Origin: an uncultured bacterium | GTDB lineage: Bacteria; Zhuqueibacterota; QNDG01; DTFT01 | Direction: 5' to 3' | Length of the DNA stretch: 64,000 bases | Assembly: GCA_963736115.1 (NCBI GenBank) | Contig: CAVTNR010000003.1 | Coordinates: 98,798 to 162,797, forward strand | Shown: positions 20,701 through 28,756 of the stretch, in pieces | How positions within the stretch are numbered: the stretch's first letter is position 1 | Layout of the letters: each line of letters starts with the position of its first letter | The notes under the pieces: generated by a model | What the model was told of the DNA's origin: nothing | Seen by the model: only the letters and a program-made list of their open reading frames with translations | Databases searched by the model: none | Translations under genes and position numbers: made by a program

Positions 20701-21613
20701 TTTCGGAAAGTGTGACGGTTCCGATGAAATCGGTTTTCGCGTTTCCGTACGTGTCTTTCGCCGTGAGCGTCAGACCGAACCAGGCGCCCGCGGTCTGGGG
20801 GCTGGTGATGGAGTTGAATTCGAAGCGGTCGAGGACGGTCGGGTCCACCCGGAAATTTGAAGTGGTGCCGCTTTTCCCCGATGCCCGGGCCGTGATGTTG
20901 TCCGCGGCCGTTGTTTTGAAGACCTGGACATTGCCGCTCCAGGTGCCGGAGGTGAAGGCCGTGGTCTGCAGGGGGGAGAGAGTGCCGGTGAGATCCGAGA
21001 AGTCCGCGGTCGAGACAAAGGACGTGACTGTGTTATTGTTTGCGTCCTGGGCCGTGACCGTGACGGTGAATGCGTTGCCCGCGGTCTGGGATGCGCCGGG
21101 TCCGGTCACGGCGAAATGGTCCAGCGGTCCGGGCGTGACCGTGAAGGCGGTGAAGGATCCGGAATCCAGAATGATGTCCGCGGCGTCCGTGGTCTGCACG
21201 GTGACGGTGTAGGACGACGACACCGAGGGCCCGTTCGTGATATTCGCGATCTGGACCGTTTCCGTCTGGCCCGAGGCCTGCGTCGTTCCGCCGGAACGGG
21301 CGATGGTCACGGTGCTCCCGGAAGCGGATTCGATCGTCAACGATCCATCCATGGTGGACGATGAGGCGATGACCGCGGTGGACACGCTGAATCCGCCCGG
21401 ATAGGTGACCCGGATTTTACCGTCCGCGGGTATGGCGGTAGACGTGGTAAAAGTCACCGTATGGATGGCCGCGGCGCCGGCCGCGGAATTCGAAGCCGTC
21501 ACCGATACGGATACGAGCTGGGCCTGGGCGGAAACGGCGAAGAAAAGCATCGACAGGAGAAGCCGTCCCGCGGAAAAACGGAAACGCAGAATATTCGGGC
21601 ACCGGTATTTCAC
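14756..21613 (-). CDS. Giant (2285 aa) secreted/surface protein of tandem Ig-like repeats with C-terminal FlgD-Ig/T9SS-like sorting domain
   Basis: Signal peptide ('SAQAQ'); nine ~100-aa repeats 'LDHF..AG.PF.VTVTA.D..GN'; about eight 'V..GQ...V...N.G' domains; C-terminus 'NSPNPFSP..FTLTGEPV..WDGRN..NGVYF..KIAVMK'. Confidence 0.85.
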   Translation of the reverse strand: MKYRCPNILRFRFSAGRLLLSMLFFAVSAQAQLVSVSVTASNSAAGAAAIHTVTFTTSTAIPADGKIRVTYPGGFSVSTAVIASSSTMDGSLTIESASGSTVTIARSGGTTQASGQTETVQIANITNGPSVSSSYTVTVQTTDAADIILDSGSFTAFTVTPGPLDHFAVTGPGASQTAGNAFTVTVTAQDANNNTVTSFVSTADFSDLTGTLSPLQTTAFTSGTWSGNVQVFKTTAADNITARASGKSGTTSNFRVDPTVLDRFEFNSITSPQTAGAWFGLTLTAKDTYGNAKTDFIGTVTLSEKTASLEIQTTGTAVTPAFTAGAWSGNVSILTTGQDIQVTAAGSGRTGLSGYFNVDAAGLDHFGFSPVADGAAGMPFTVTITAFDAFENIVTAFTGLGRRVNLSYTGSGVLTPAQSGNFYSGSWTGPVTISQTQSGLYLMADDGSGHAATSNPFNITASAVDHFVFSSVSPSQTAGAPFSVTVRAVDASGNTVTAFNGTVNLKDESGTITPQQVTFASGIWTGAVTITKSLTGDFLTVTGAGKSGTSGTFTVVPAAVASFRLSDIPSPRTAGTGFSVTFTALDAYGNTATGFTATVNLNGGSVSVSPSVTGAFAAGVRTQTLTITQARNDVRITAADAGSHTGVSNYFNVTHGSLDHFAVGTIADPAAGMPFSVTVTAQDANNNTVTSFSGAGNTVSVTHSGAGTVSPTVSGAFTNGVWTGNLTIAQTQTSDRLTFTRTGGVQTGLSNPFAVIASTVDHFVIDPVPDNRTAGVAFAVVIRAVDSNGNPVTSYAGTAALADETGTGAPASITFASGLWNGSVTITRSYTGNSLTVTGGGKSGTSNEFTVRPAGVASFTIGLIGSPKAAGIAFPVTVTALDAYGNTATGFTGTVALADGAATISPAVSGAFVAGVRTESVMILRAGQDVTVTASDGAGHSGISNFFNVLPGPVDHFLIATVGSQVAKVPFTVIVIAADRFGSQATSFTGTADISDLSGSISPVRSGSFTAGQWSGGVTIGLPRAGNRISVVRTGGSETGASNVFDVNAPPGIRITACTASAAEVTAGQTQDWTLNVAVRNLASSSARFDSLWVRFRIAGVRQNDFQLVLPAVLRRSGTAVLAGNGEDTLSVRVDRTGRSPGDVTVEAVAFFTDGGTGGVVSDQGFTGIAVQDSARLRIDAIRVSQPEVTLGQDIAWTVSVRLTNAGGSAVRIDTSRSVTFLLFSAGSGWDLSGLQELGRGGWILPGGASDSLRYIVERSASNPTGICQITSLVTGREINTGRTCKSDTTYGVKASILMETPASLSILRIDNLAPNRPYVNVYAEDTLRVYLQNTGGDGLRNLQLIMNTDGLSMFTSASVQTVDWLPGGGLVWVDFSFQAAASPSTGETFTLYADGFRDNTKDLVPEVTATSVVVIQNPAILRISRVAASSDRLIGGQKEPWTVEVAVRNQGQAPIQFDPPKASDLTFRINGLKQSDYSVTPPAALSQGGLILAGGRTDALVYTVTSTGSLGGIAGVEAAVTGRDRNSRAVLNAGEETSVFVRSDQSFRIISTRVRSAAADDAGNATVNTGQDFEVLVILENGLGLNVEDIRVGLTTDGGSAIEASPVSISRLTPAQWDTAVFAVKAPAAENAAETFRADILQAFIGSPRQAVPVGAALDSTAQVTVQTPVRLSLSLGLSTPDGRVSAGQTFTVRAELMNFGSGRTDGIAGVRLVLADRFERISESDTAGIAPGFPAEWSVRSPVSAPDTEWVAAELFRIPNDFNAGATADVEQSQARIRVITVPSNLSALLAVTEPSGASDGIVSASQSFIVTTQIFHSNARDITATLQLPAGYTTSDAIVKNLTSWSLSWRVEAPPAASPKADIRVRVQGMDSLQQDVPVPDFWAAFSIATVRRADLSMSAAITAPADVAQTGTVAVGQEFVITTRLENIGEADTTGLTAVTLETLPEGYTTLDPLTRAVAGGTAAWTVKAPSRQSVEAVTIRFRLSVIPADENTGRPAYVSRPNDAVAVSMAGAWLSIEANPLPAWSLSTIMPGQDGVKLLVVTATNRGMEGSGRIAIEGLRFQFEDRFGDPIPPASVISRLTAVSNADSTDIFGSTSVISENPILLSLSKRPSIAVGESVSIAVLGRISDAPETGYFQLNIPSGDFVDAREPNSGNSVAVKTPAGEDWTSLRSDPKKIFEPETELALWNSPNPFSPSDGPTAIHYYLEKRTTVSFRLFTLTGEPVWSVSFDASDDRASAGLHTLLWDGRNDRSRAVLNGVYFLFMKPADGQIRKTKIAVMK

Positions 21614-21794
21614 GTGGGGAAAACCGTCCTTTCAGAAGCGAGATTCCATTCCAAAAGGTTCATATTTGCAAAGAGCATACCAGCCCCGGAATTGTTTGTA
21701 AACTCTTTAATAACAAATGTGGTTTGTGGTCGGTTTCCGGCCGATTCCCGGTCCGTGCGCGTTTTTCCATCAGTCTCTAACCTTTTGATTCGTC

Positions 21795-21823
21795 TTGATT
21801 TTTCTTTCTTTTTTTGTTATATT
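21795..21823 (+). promoter_or_regulatory. Sigma70-type promoter
   Basis: TTGATT-N17-TATATT with TG extended -10, ending 9 nt before ATG 21833. Confidence 0.55.
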
Positions 21824-21832
21824 TATCCGTTT

Positions 21833-24472
21833 ATGATCAGAAAAACCTACATCATTATAGCCCTTTTTGTTCTCCCGTTTTTCTCCCTCTCTTTTCCACA
21901 ATCGAACCGGGTCGATATACCGCTGGGATACGAAGGCGTTCCGACCGGCAGAGACGGTGTTCTTCCCTTTCATCAGGAAATCCGTCCGCGAATCGGCCTG
22001 GCTCTGAGCGGCGGAGGGGCGAGGGGCCTGGCCCATATCGGCGTACTGAAAGTGCTTGAAAGACACGGCATTCCGGTCGACGGGATCGCGGGGACCAGCA
22101 TGGGCGCGATCATCGGCGCCATGGCCTCGGTCGGGTATTCCGCTTCGGATATCGACAGCCTGGCGCGGATCACGGACTGGGGCGGCATCATCCGGGACGC
22201 TCCCCAGCGCCGCCAGCTGTTTCTCGGACAGAAGGAGCAGAGATCGCGGACCATCGTTCAGATCCGGTTCGAAAGGATGGCGCTCGATTTCCGGCCCGCG
22301 GTGACTGCCGGACAGAAGCTCACCACGGTGCTGACGGATGTTCTGCTCCGCGCCCCGGCTCCCTATCCCGGCGATTTCAACCGGCTTCCGATTCCGCTTC
22401 GCGTGGTGACCACGGATCTGCTGACCGGCGGCAAGGTGCTTTTCAGCAGCGGGTCTCTGGTCGACGCCCTGCGCGGATCCCTTGCCATTCCGCTCCTTTT
22501 CACGCCCCTGGAAACGGACCTCGGCCTGCTCGTGGACGGAGGACTCGTCGACAATCTTCCCGTCCGTGAGACCCGGGCGCTCGGAGTGGACCGCGTCATT
22601 GCCGTGGACACGTCGTCCAAATTGCGGAAGCGGGAAAACCTTTCCGCCCCCTGGGAGATCGCCGATCAGGTGACGACTATCATGGAGCAGGAGGCGATTG
22701 CGGCCGCGAAACGGGAGGCCGATCTTGTCATCGAACCGGATCTGCAGAAAATGGCCAACACCGATTTCGCGTCCATTGAAGCGGCCGTGGCCGCCGGAGA
22801 GAAAGCGGCGGAGGCCGCGATTCCGGCCATCGATTCCCTGCTGTCCGCGTTCAAGCCGTCGGACGCGGAAACCTGGGTTCGGATCGGGGAATGCCGTTTC
22901 ACCGGCCTGAACCGGGTTTCCCTTCACGCGGACGCGCCTTTTTTCATCACGCCCGAACCCGGCCCGGCCCGCGCAGGCGATCTGGTTCTGACCGGACGCG
23001 CGCTTTATCAGAGCGGGTGTTTCCGGTCCGTATCCATGGCCGTGGACACCGCCGGCGGGATTCTATTTTTTGACGTCGTTGAGAATCCGGTCATTGACAG
23101 CGTCCGCTTCGAGGGCAACACGGCGTTCACGGATTCCGCGCTTCTTTCCGGAATTTCGACCGTTCCCGGCGCGGTCTTCAATCACTGGAAAGGCAGGGCG
23201 GACATTCGGGCGATCCGGTCGCTGTACCTCGAAGGCGGGTATTCGCTCGCGCATGTCGACACCGCCGAGATCCACGGGAACACACTGGTGTTCCGCATCG
23301 ACGAGGGCCGCATCGACGGCATCCGCTTCTTCGGAAATGAGCGCACCCGCTCCTTCATTCTGCGGCGGGAACTGCCGTTCCGGACCGGCGACCTGTTTCG
23401 GGCCGCGGATTTTCAGCAGGGGCTGGACAACATCTACAGCACGGGGTATTTCGAAAATATCCGGTTCGACCTGGAATCGAAAGCGGGGCGGCGCGTCCTG
23501 AACCTGCGGCTGAAGGAGCAGGGATTTTCATTGTTGCGCGCGGGGCTCCGCTACGACCTGGAGCGAAGGACCCAGTGCCTGCTGGAGGGCGCGGAGGAAA
23601 ATCTGTTCGGCATCGGCGCGGTCGCGTCCCTGGCCGGACAGCTGGGCCCAGTGGACCGGGCCGTACGCGCGGCGTTCCGGGCCGACCGGATTTTCCAGAC
23701 GCTGTTCACCGGAAAAGCCGCATTTTCGGCTTCGCGGCAGGATTTCAATTATTATTCGGATTTCGTCCGCACGGGCAAATACCGGCTCGGCGCGGTCCAG
23801 ACGTCGTTTTCCATCGGACAGCAGATGAAGCGCTTCGGGACGCTTTCGGTCGAATTGCGGGACGAGCGTCTGGCCGTGCGTCCGCTTTCCGGATCCGGAT
23901 CACCGCGGGAATCCGAAACCCTCCGCAACATCGTCCTGCGGTCCGAGGTGGATACGCGGGACCGGCTTCCTTTCCCGAATACGGGCAAATACCACGTGCT
24001 GGAATACGAAACCTCGGCCTCGTTTCTCGGAAGCGACGTGCCGTACACCCGCATGTTCTCTTCGATGGAATCGTATCATGCGGTTCTGCGGAGGATCGTG
24101 CTGCACCCCCGCATCCGCTGGGGCACGGCCGACCTGACCACACCCTTCGCCAAACAGTACCGGTTCGGCGGCATGGAATCGTTCTGGGGGCTTCCGGAGG
24201 AATCGATGTCCGGGCGGCTCTTCTTCATCGTATCGGGGGAAGCGCGGTGGACGACTCCCTGGTTCCGGTGGGCGGAAAGCCATCTCACATTCCGCTACGA
24301 CCTGGGCGGCGCGTGGCTCCGCTATTGGGAGCCAAAGCCGAAGGATTTCCGGCAGGGCATGGGCGTCATGGCCTCGGTGCAGACGCCTTTCGGTCCCATC
24401 CAGGCGGCTTTCGGGAAGCTGGACGGGATGAAGAAAACGAAGTTCTATTTCTCCGCGGGGTACAGGTTCTAA
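21833..24472 (+). CDS. Patatin-like phospholipase-POTRA-Omp85 fusion (PlpD/type Vd-like)
   Basis: 'ALSGGGARGLAHIG', 'GTSMG', 'VDGG'; POTRA-like 'VRFEGNTAF' and 'FFGNERTRSFILRRE'; barrel ending 'FYFSAGYRF'. Start set at MIRKTY (signal peptide), not 21461. Confidence 0.9.
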   Translation: MIRKTYIIIALFVLPFFSLSFPQSNRVDIPLGYEGVPTGRDGVLPFHQEIRPRIGLALSGGGARGLAHIGVLKVLERHGIPVDGIAGTSMGAIIGAMASVGYSASDIDSLARITDWGGIIRDAPQRRQLFLGQKEQRSRTIVQIRFERMALDFRPAVTAGQKLTTVLTDVLLRAPAPYPGDFNRLPIPLRVVTTDLLTGGKVLFSSGSLVDALRGSLAIPLLFTPLETDLGLLVDGGLVDNLPVRETRALGVDRVIAVDTSSKLRKRENLSAPWEIADQVTTIMEQEAIAAAKREADLVIEPDLQKMANTDFASIEAAVAAGEKAAEAAIPAIDSLLSAFKPSDAETWVRIGECRFTGLNRVSLHADAPFFITPEPGPARAGDLVLTGRALYQSGCFRSVSMAVDTAGGILFFDVVENPVIDSVRFEGNTAFTDSALLSGISTVPGAVFNHWKGRADIRAIRSLYLEGGYSLAHVDTAEIHGNTLVFRIDEGRIDGIRFFGNERTRSFILRRELPFRTGDLFRAADFQQGLDNIYSTGYFENIRFDLESKAGRRVLNLRLKEQGFSLLRAGLRYDLERRTQCLLEGAEENLFGIGAVASLAGQLGPVDRAVRAAFRADRIFQTLFTGKAAFSASRQDFNYYSDFVRTGKYRLGAVQTSFSIGQQMKRFGTLSVELRDERLAVRPLSGSGSPRESETLRNIVLRSEVDTRDRLPFPNTGKYHVLEYETSASFLGSDVPYTRMFSSMESYHAVLRRIVLHPRIRWGTADLTTPFAKQYRFGGMESFWGLPEESMSGRLFFIVSGEARWTTPWFRWAESHLTFRYDLGGAWLRYWEPKPKDFRQGMGVMASVQTPFGPIQAAFGKLDGMKKTKFYFSAGYRF

Positions 24473-24518
24473 TTCATTCGAGAATTAAAAACGGCGGAAT
24501 GGCCGTTGGTTCGACTGA

Positions 24519-24546
24519 AGGCGGGATTTCCATCCCGCCTTTATTA
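24519..24546 (+). terminator. Intrinsic terminator
   Basis: AAGGCGGGAT-ttcc-ATCCCGCCTT followed by T-rich sequence. Confidence 0.65.
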
Positions 24547-24897
24547 TTCTCGGTGAAAATATTGATGGATGAATCTGTCAGCGAGCGCATTCCCCGGCCC
24601 CGCGCAGCGGGCGGCGGGGAGCTTCAAATGGTGCATTATTATATACTTTGGTCAAATTCCCCGGCAATACAATTTAATAATTTTCCCGCCTCAGACGACC
24701 CAACGACTTATTTATTATGATTATAAATAGGTAGATACGTATGTTTCTAGCCAGAAATAATAGTCGGAACTATTATTGTTATGTGGCGTGTCATGATATT
24801 GCTCTTCAGGCAGGCAATTTTGAAAAATCGAACCACTTGAAATATATACTTGTTGTTCTGGCTTTTTCTTCTGTAGAAAGGTTAAGGAGGGTCCTCC

Positions 24898-26451
24898 ATG
24901 AATACTAAAACTTTAACATCCAGGGGCCTGATCGGGCTGGTTTTCTTTTTCGTGTTTCATGTATCTGCTCTCCGGGATGCATTTTCACAGACGGGCGGCG
25001 GATATATCAATTACGGTCAAATCGATGGGGAGCCCTTGACCGTCACGGCGCCTGCAACGGATGTACCTCAATCCCCGAATTGGACGCCCGTCCGCAATGT
25101 CGGCATGGGGATGACGCAGACAGCGGACGGACGTTTTTCAAACGGGATGTTGTCCAATCCCGCTCTGCTGGCCGGGAAGGTGGACCGCACCACCGTATTC
25201 GGCGTTCAAACCGCCTTCCCCAAGGCAACCTTCGATGCCACATCTTACATTAAAAAGAACATCGGGCAGTTCCGGAACGGAGATTTTTTAAAACTGCTGG
25301 GAGAGGGCTTCTCCGATTATTACAGCGCTGAAACGGCGGAGCAGCAAGCCCTTGCCGTCCGGAAGATCAACCGCGCGCTTGACTTCCCGAATGAGCTTCT
25401 GGATAAGATCGTCGGCCGGGGGGAAAGCCAGGGAACCCACGGTTTCCAGGCCGTGCCTTTTATCCAGGCGCAGCGGGGACGATGGGGTGTGTCGGTTTTC
25501 GGAAGGGGCCAGATCGGCTTTGCCGTGGATCCGGGGGAGACCACGACCCGTCTTCTTTCCCTGAACATTCCGCAAAACACGGAGGACCTGTCGACCGAAA
25601 CTCTCTATCAGCTCGCCGAAATCGTTGGGACGCTGTTCGATGAGAACGGAGACGTCTCCCAGGAAGCCCTGCCCCGGGCGTTCGCCGTCAGCACCATCGA
25701 TGTGGCCGGAGTCGTGGGCCGTTCCTTCGCGATTACACCGAACCTGGACGGCGGGGCTTCGTTGAAAATAATCAACCGCCGATTCTCGACCAAGCTCATC
25801 GATACGGAGAATCTGGACCGTGTCCTGAGTGAAGCCCGCGCCGACCTCAAGCACACTTCCACGGGCGTCACGGCTGATCTTGGGCTGGCGTACCGGAATC
25901 CGAAGAACGGAATGCGGCTGGGATTTTCCCTTCTGAACGTCCTGCCCCTCCAGACGATCACCTCAACGACGGAGATGCGCTTTTCGATGCCCACAGCCGC
26001 GTACTTTGTCGATGACGGGTTCGGCCGACCGGCCGTCGGCTCCGTGGATGAGACGGGCGCATTCACTCCGGACCCGGGAGGCGACACGCTGATCGTCGTG
26101 GAAAAGCGGGAGGTGACGGCGAGGCTTCCGTTCAGGCTGAAGGCGCCCATGCTGGCGAATGCGGGCATTTCGCATCCCATCCGACCCAATTGGGATGTTT
26201 CCGTCGATTGGGTCGACATCCTTTCAAAGGATGAAACCTATAAAAATACAGCCGAGAGGATCCGGATCGGAACCGAGTACCGAATCGTCCGCCGGTCGGC
26301 GGAACTGTCGCTGCGCGGAGGAATCGCGGATAAGCGCCTGGCATTAGGGGCGGGGCTGAAAACCCGAATCGTCCGATTCGATATCGCGTATGCGCGTGAT
26401 TCATTTCTGGAAAAAAACGCGATATTCAGCCAGATTCAAGTGGGATGGTAG
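24898..26451 (+). CDS. TraF-like/PorV-superfamily outer membrane beta-barrel protein
   Basis: Signal peptide; 'RNVGMG..LSNPALL' N-motif; 'GVTADLGLAY', 'RIGTEY', 'LRGG', 'FDIAY'; aromatic C-terminus QVGW; AGGAGG RBS. Confidence 0.6.
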   Translation: MNTKTLTSRGLIGLVFFFVFHVSALRDAFSQTGGGYINYGQIDGEPLTVTAPATDVPQSPNWTPVRNVGMGMTQTADGRFSNGMLSNPALLAGKVDRTTVFGVQTAFPKATFDATSYIKKNIGQFRNGDFLKLLGEGFSDYYSAETAEQQALAVRKINRALDFPNELLDKIVGRGESQGTHGFQAVPFIQAQRGRWGVSVFGRGQIGFAVDPGETTTRLLSLNIPQNTEDLSTETLYQLAEIVGTLFDENGDVSQEALPRAFAVSTIDVAGVVGRSFAITPNLDGGASLKIINRRFSTKLIDTENLDRVLSEARADLKHTSTGVTADLGLAYRNPKNGMRLGFSLLNVLPLQTITSTTEMRFSMPTAAYFVDDGFGRPAVGSVDETGAFTPDPGGDTLIVVEKREVTARLPFRLKAPMLANAGISHPIRPNWDVSVDWVDILSKDETYKNTAERIRIGTEYRIVRRSAELSLRGGIADKRLALGAGLKTRIVRFDIAYARDSFLEKNAIFSQIQVGW

Positions 26452-26475
26452 GCCGGCTGGGAGGTTGAATCAAAA

Positions 26476-26640
26476 TCACCACTGACAAAGACACGGATAG
26501 ACACGGAAAGAGCGGGGAAATAGGGTAATGCATCCATTTTTATTTCTGTGAACTTCCGTCCCTGAAAAGATTGAAATCAAAGAATAACCTTATTCCATTT
26601 TCGTTTTCCGTGTGACTCCGTGTCTGTTTCCGTGGTATTT
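26476..26640. repeat. ~165-bp intergenic element with long imperfect terminal inverted repeats built from CACGGA units
   Basis: Left arm ACCACTGACAAAGACACGGATAGACACGGAAA; reverse complement of the right arm ACCACGGAAACAGACACGGAGTCACACGGAAA. Confidence 0.7.
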
Positions 26641-26667
26641 TTTTATAGGAGATCGCCACAGAACCGT

Positions 26668-27300
26668 CTAGTCGAAATCCGCGGGCATTCCGGGATTTCG
26701 GTGATGGTCGAAAATCCGGCTGATCTGAGAGGGAGTCGTCCGTCCCAGGGACAGCGGCGGAAGCGCGTTCTCCCGGAAAAAACCAACCTCGGATGTTTCC
26801 CTGCTGGGCTTGGCTTCTCCGCCGATGCGGTCACATAGAAAAAACAACTTGTAAATCCGGAACGGATGCGGGGGGATATGTCCGTGCCGGGTCCGATCCC
26901 AGACCGCGATCAGACGGACGGGCTGTACCCGGAATCCGGATTCCTCCCAGACTTCGCGAGCGATCGCTTCCGAAGGTGTTTCACCGGTATCCGCCCACCC
27001 GCCCGGCAGACACCAGCCCCCGTCCTGCCTTTCCCGGACCAGCAGAATAGAATCCCCTTGGATCACGGCGCCACGCACGTCCACTTTGGGCGTGGCGTAT
27101 CCGGTCTGTTCATCGAGCAGGCCGCGTATCCGCTGAGGGTCGAAATCCGAACCTGCCGCCAGTATTTCCGAAGCCACGGCCCGAACCGCAATGTAGCGTT
27201 CCGTATCGTATTCATTCTCCGAGTACTCCAGGCCGACCTGCGCCAGGGCCTGAAGGCGGCGCGCCCATTCCACCCATTTCCAATTCGACTGTCCGGGCAT
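26668..27300 (-). CDS. NUDIX hydrolase with N-terminal Nudix_N domain (YjhB-like)
   Basis: 'WARRLQALAQVGL', 'GYATPKVDVRG', Nudix box 'PGGWADTGETPSEAIAREVWEESG'. Likely start MPGQSNW at 27300. Confidence 0.9.
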   Translation of the reverse strand: MPGQSNWKWVEWARRLQALAQVGLEYSENEYDTERYIAVRAVASEILAAGSDFDPQRIRGLLDEQTGYATPKVDVRGAVIQGDSILLVRERQDGGWCLPGGWADTGETPSEAIAREVWEESGFRVQPVRLIAVWDRTRHGHIPPHPFRIYKLFFLCDRIGGEAKPSRETSEVGFFRENALPPLSLGRTTPSQISRIFDHHRNPGMPADFD

Positions 27301-27342
27301 GTCTTTCCTTTCCGTAAATTTATGGAAAATAGTAAAATTCCC

Positions 27343-27373
27343 TTGACTTTTCAACGAAAATATATTATATAAA
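27343..27373 (+). promoter_or_regulatory. Putative sigma70 promoter of the lysW cluster
   Basis: TTGACT followed 17-19 nt later by TATATA/TATAAA in an AT-rich divergent spacer. Confidence 0.5.
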
Positions 27374-27430
27374 AATTCCTGTTTCCCGCAGGGATTTTCT
27401 TTCGATGGAATTTCTTTAATAGGAGTTATT

Positions 27431-27595
27431 ATGGGCGAATGTCCGGTTTGCGGGGCCAAAGTGCCTGTCGGCCAGGGCGCTGTCGAGGGCGAACTGATGG
27501 CGTGTCCCGAATGCGGGACCGAGCTCGAGGTGACCGGCCTGAATCCCATCACTCTGGCGGAAGCGCCCCAGGAAGAGGAAGACTGGGGGGAATAA
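27431..27595 (+). CDS. lysW: Amino-group carrier protein LysW (54 aa)
   Basis: Absent from the ORF track (shorter than its shortest ORFs). MGECPVCGAKVPVGQGAVEGELMACPECGTELEVTGLNPITLAEAPQEEEDWGE: two CxxC pairs, diagnostic C-terminal EDWGE, AGGAG RBS. Confidence 0.96.
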   Translation: MGECPVCGAKVPVGQGAVEGELMACPECGTELEVTGLNPITLAEAPQEEEDWGE

Positions 27596-27600
27596 AACCA

Positions 27601-28752
27601 GTGATCCAGATACTCGACACCACGCTCCGCGAAGGCGAGCAGACTCCCGGTCTCTATTTCGACGGCCACATCAAGCTCGAATTGGCGCGCCTGCTCGACG
27701 ACATCGGCGTGGACTTTGTCGAAGCCGGCCATCCGGTCGTGACCGACGAAATCCGCCAGGCGGTCCGACAGATCGCGCATGCGGGACTCCGCGCCACCGT
27801 GGCCGCGCATGCCCGTTCCGTAAAGCGGGACATCGACCTGGCGCTGGAATGCGGAGTTGGGTTTATCGGTATCTTCTACTGTGTTTCGGACGAGCGGCTG
27901 AGCACGGTGTTCAACAAGAACCTCTCCGAGGCCGTGGCGCAGATCGCGGACGTCATCCAGTACGCCAAGTCGCAGAAGCCGGACCTGATCATCCGGTACA
28001 CGCCCGAGGACACGGTGCGGTCTCCGTGGAAAAACGTCATCGAAGCCTCGGTGGCCGCGGTGGAGTCGGGCGCGGACATCATCAGCGTGGCGGATACGAC
28101 CGGGTACATGGTGCCGGGCACCCGGCGGAGCCTGCAGGATTTCGTCGGAAAGCTGAAGGCCGAATTCGGAAGCCGGGGACTGAAGCCCAGGGTGGCCGTG
28201 CACTGCCACAACGACCGGGGCCTCGCGCTGGCCAATGCGCTGGACGGATTCCGGGGCGGCGCGGACATCATCGACACCACTGTTCTGGGCGTCGGTGAGC
28301 GCGCGGGACTGGTGGACCTGGCTCAGCTCCTGGTGGTGCTCAAGACCGACTTCGGCGCGGAGAACGCCTGGAAGCTCGACAAACTGCCGGAACTGTACGA
28401 ACTGGTCAGCCGGTTTTCAGGAATCGCGGTGCCCGCCAATTATCCGCTCATGGGAAAGAACGCGTTCACGCACTGCGCCGGTGTTCACACCCAGGCCGCG
28501 GCCATCGATCCCCTCCACTACGAGAGCCTCAGCCCGGAACTGGTCGGCCGCGTCCGGAGAATCAGCCTGGACCATATGTCCGGACTGAGCTCCGTCAAGC
28601 ACGCCCTGTCCGAGCTGGGCGAGACCGTGACCGATGAGGCCCTGCTCGGCCGCATTCTCGACCGGGTTAAATCCGTGGGCACCAAGGGCAAGACCGTGGA
28701 CCTCGAGGAACTCCGCTACATCGTGAAATGGTGCAAGGAGCACAAGGAATGA
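27601..28752 (+). CDS. Homocitrate synthase (DRE-TIM family, no regulatory domain)
   Basis: '[14 protein letters not shown]', 'ADTTG', '[12 protein letters not shown]', 'GVGERAG', 'HCAGVH'; lies between lysW and lysX; GTG start at 27601. Confidence 0.85.
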   Translation: MIQILDTTLREGEQTPGLYFDGHIKLELARLLDDIGVDFVEAGHPVVTDEIRQAVRQIAHAGLRATVAAHARSVKRDIDLALECGVGFIGIFYCVSDERLSTVFNKNLSEAVAQIADVIQYAKSQKPDLIIRYTPEDTVRSPWKNVIEASVAAVESGADIISVADTTGYMVPGTRRSLQDFVGKLKAEFGSRGLKPRVAVHCHNDRGLALANALDGFRGGADIIDTTVLGVGERAGLVDLAQLLVVLKTDFGAENAWKLDKLPELYELVSRFSGIAVPANYPLMGKNAFTHCAGVHTQAAAIDPLHYESLSPELVGRVRRISLDHMSGLSSVKHALSELGETVTDEALLGRILDRVKSVGTKGKTVDLEELRYIVKWCKEHKE

Positions 28753-28756
28753 CCGC

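Noticed and set aside
21461-21832. N-terminal extension of the patatin-Omp85 ORF
   Set aside because: It overlaps the giant gene start and a promoter; a signal peptide begins at 21833.
24898-26451. TraF-like gene as evidence of a conjugative element
   Set aside because: No relaxase, VirB4/T4SS or integrase genes nearby.
27301-28209. N-terminal 300 aa of the 513-aa Nudix ORF, suggesting a fusion
   Set aside because: It overlaps lysW and homocitrate synthase on the opposite strand; Nudix homology starts at Met 27300.
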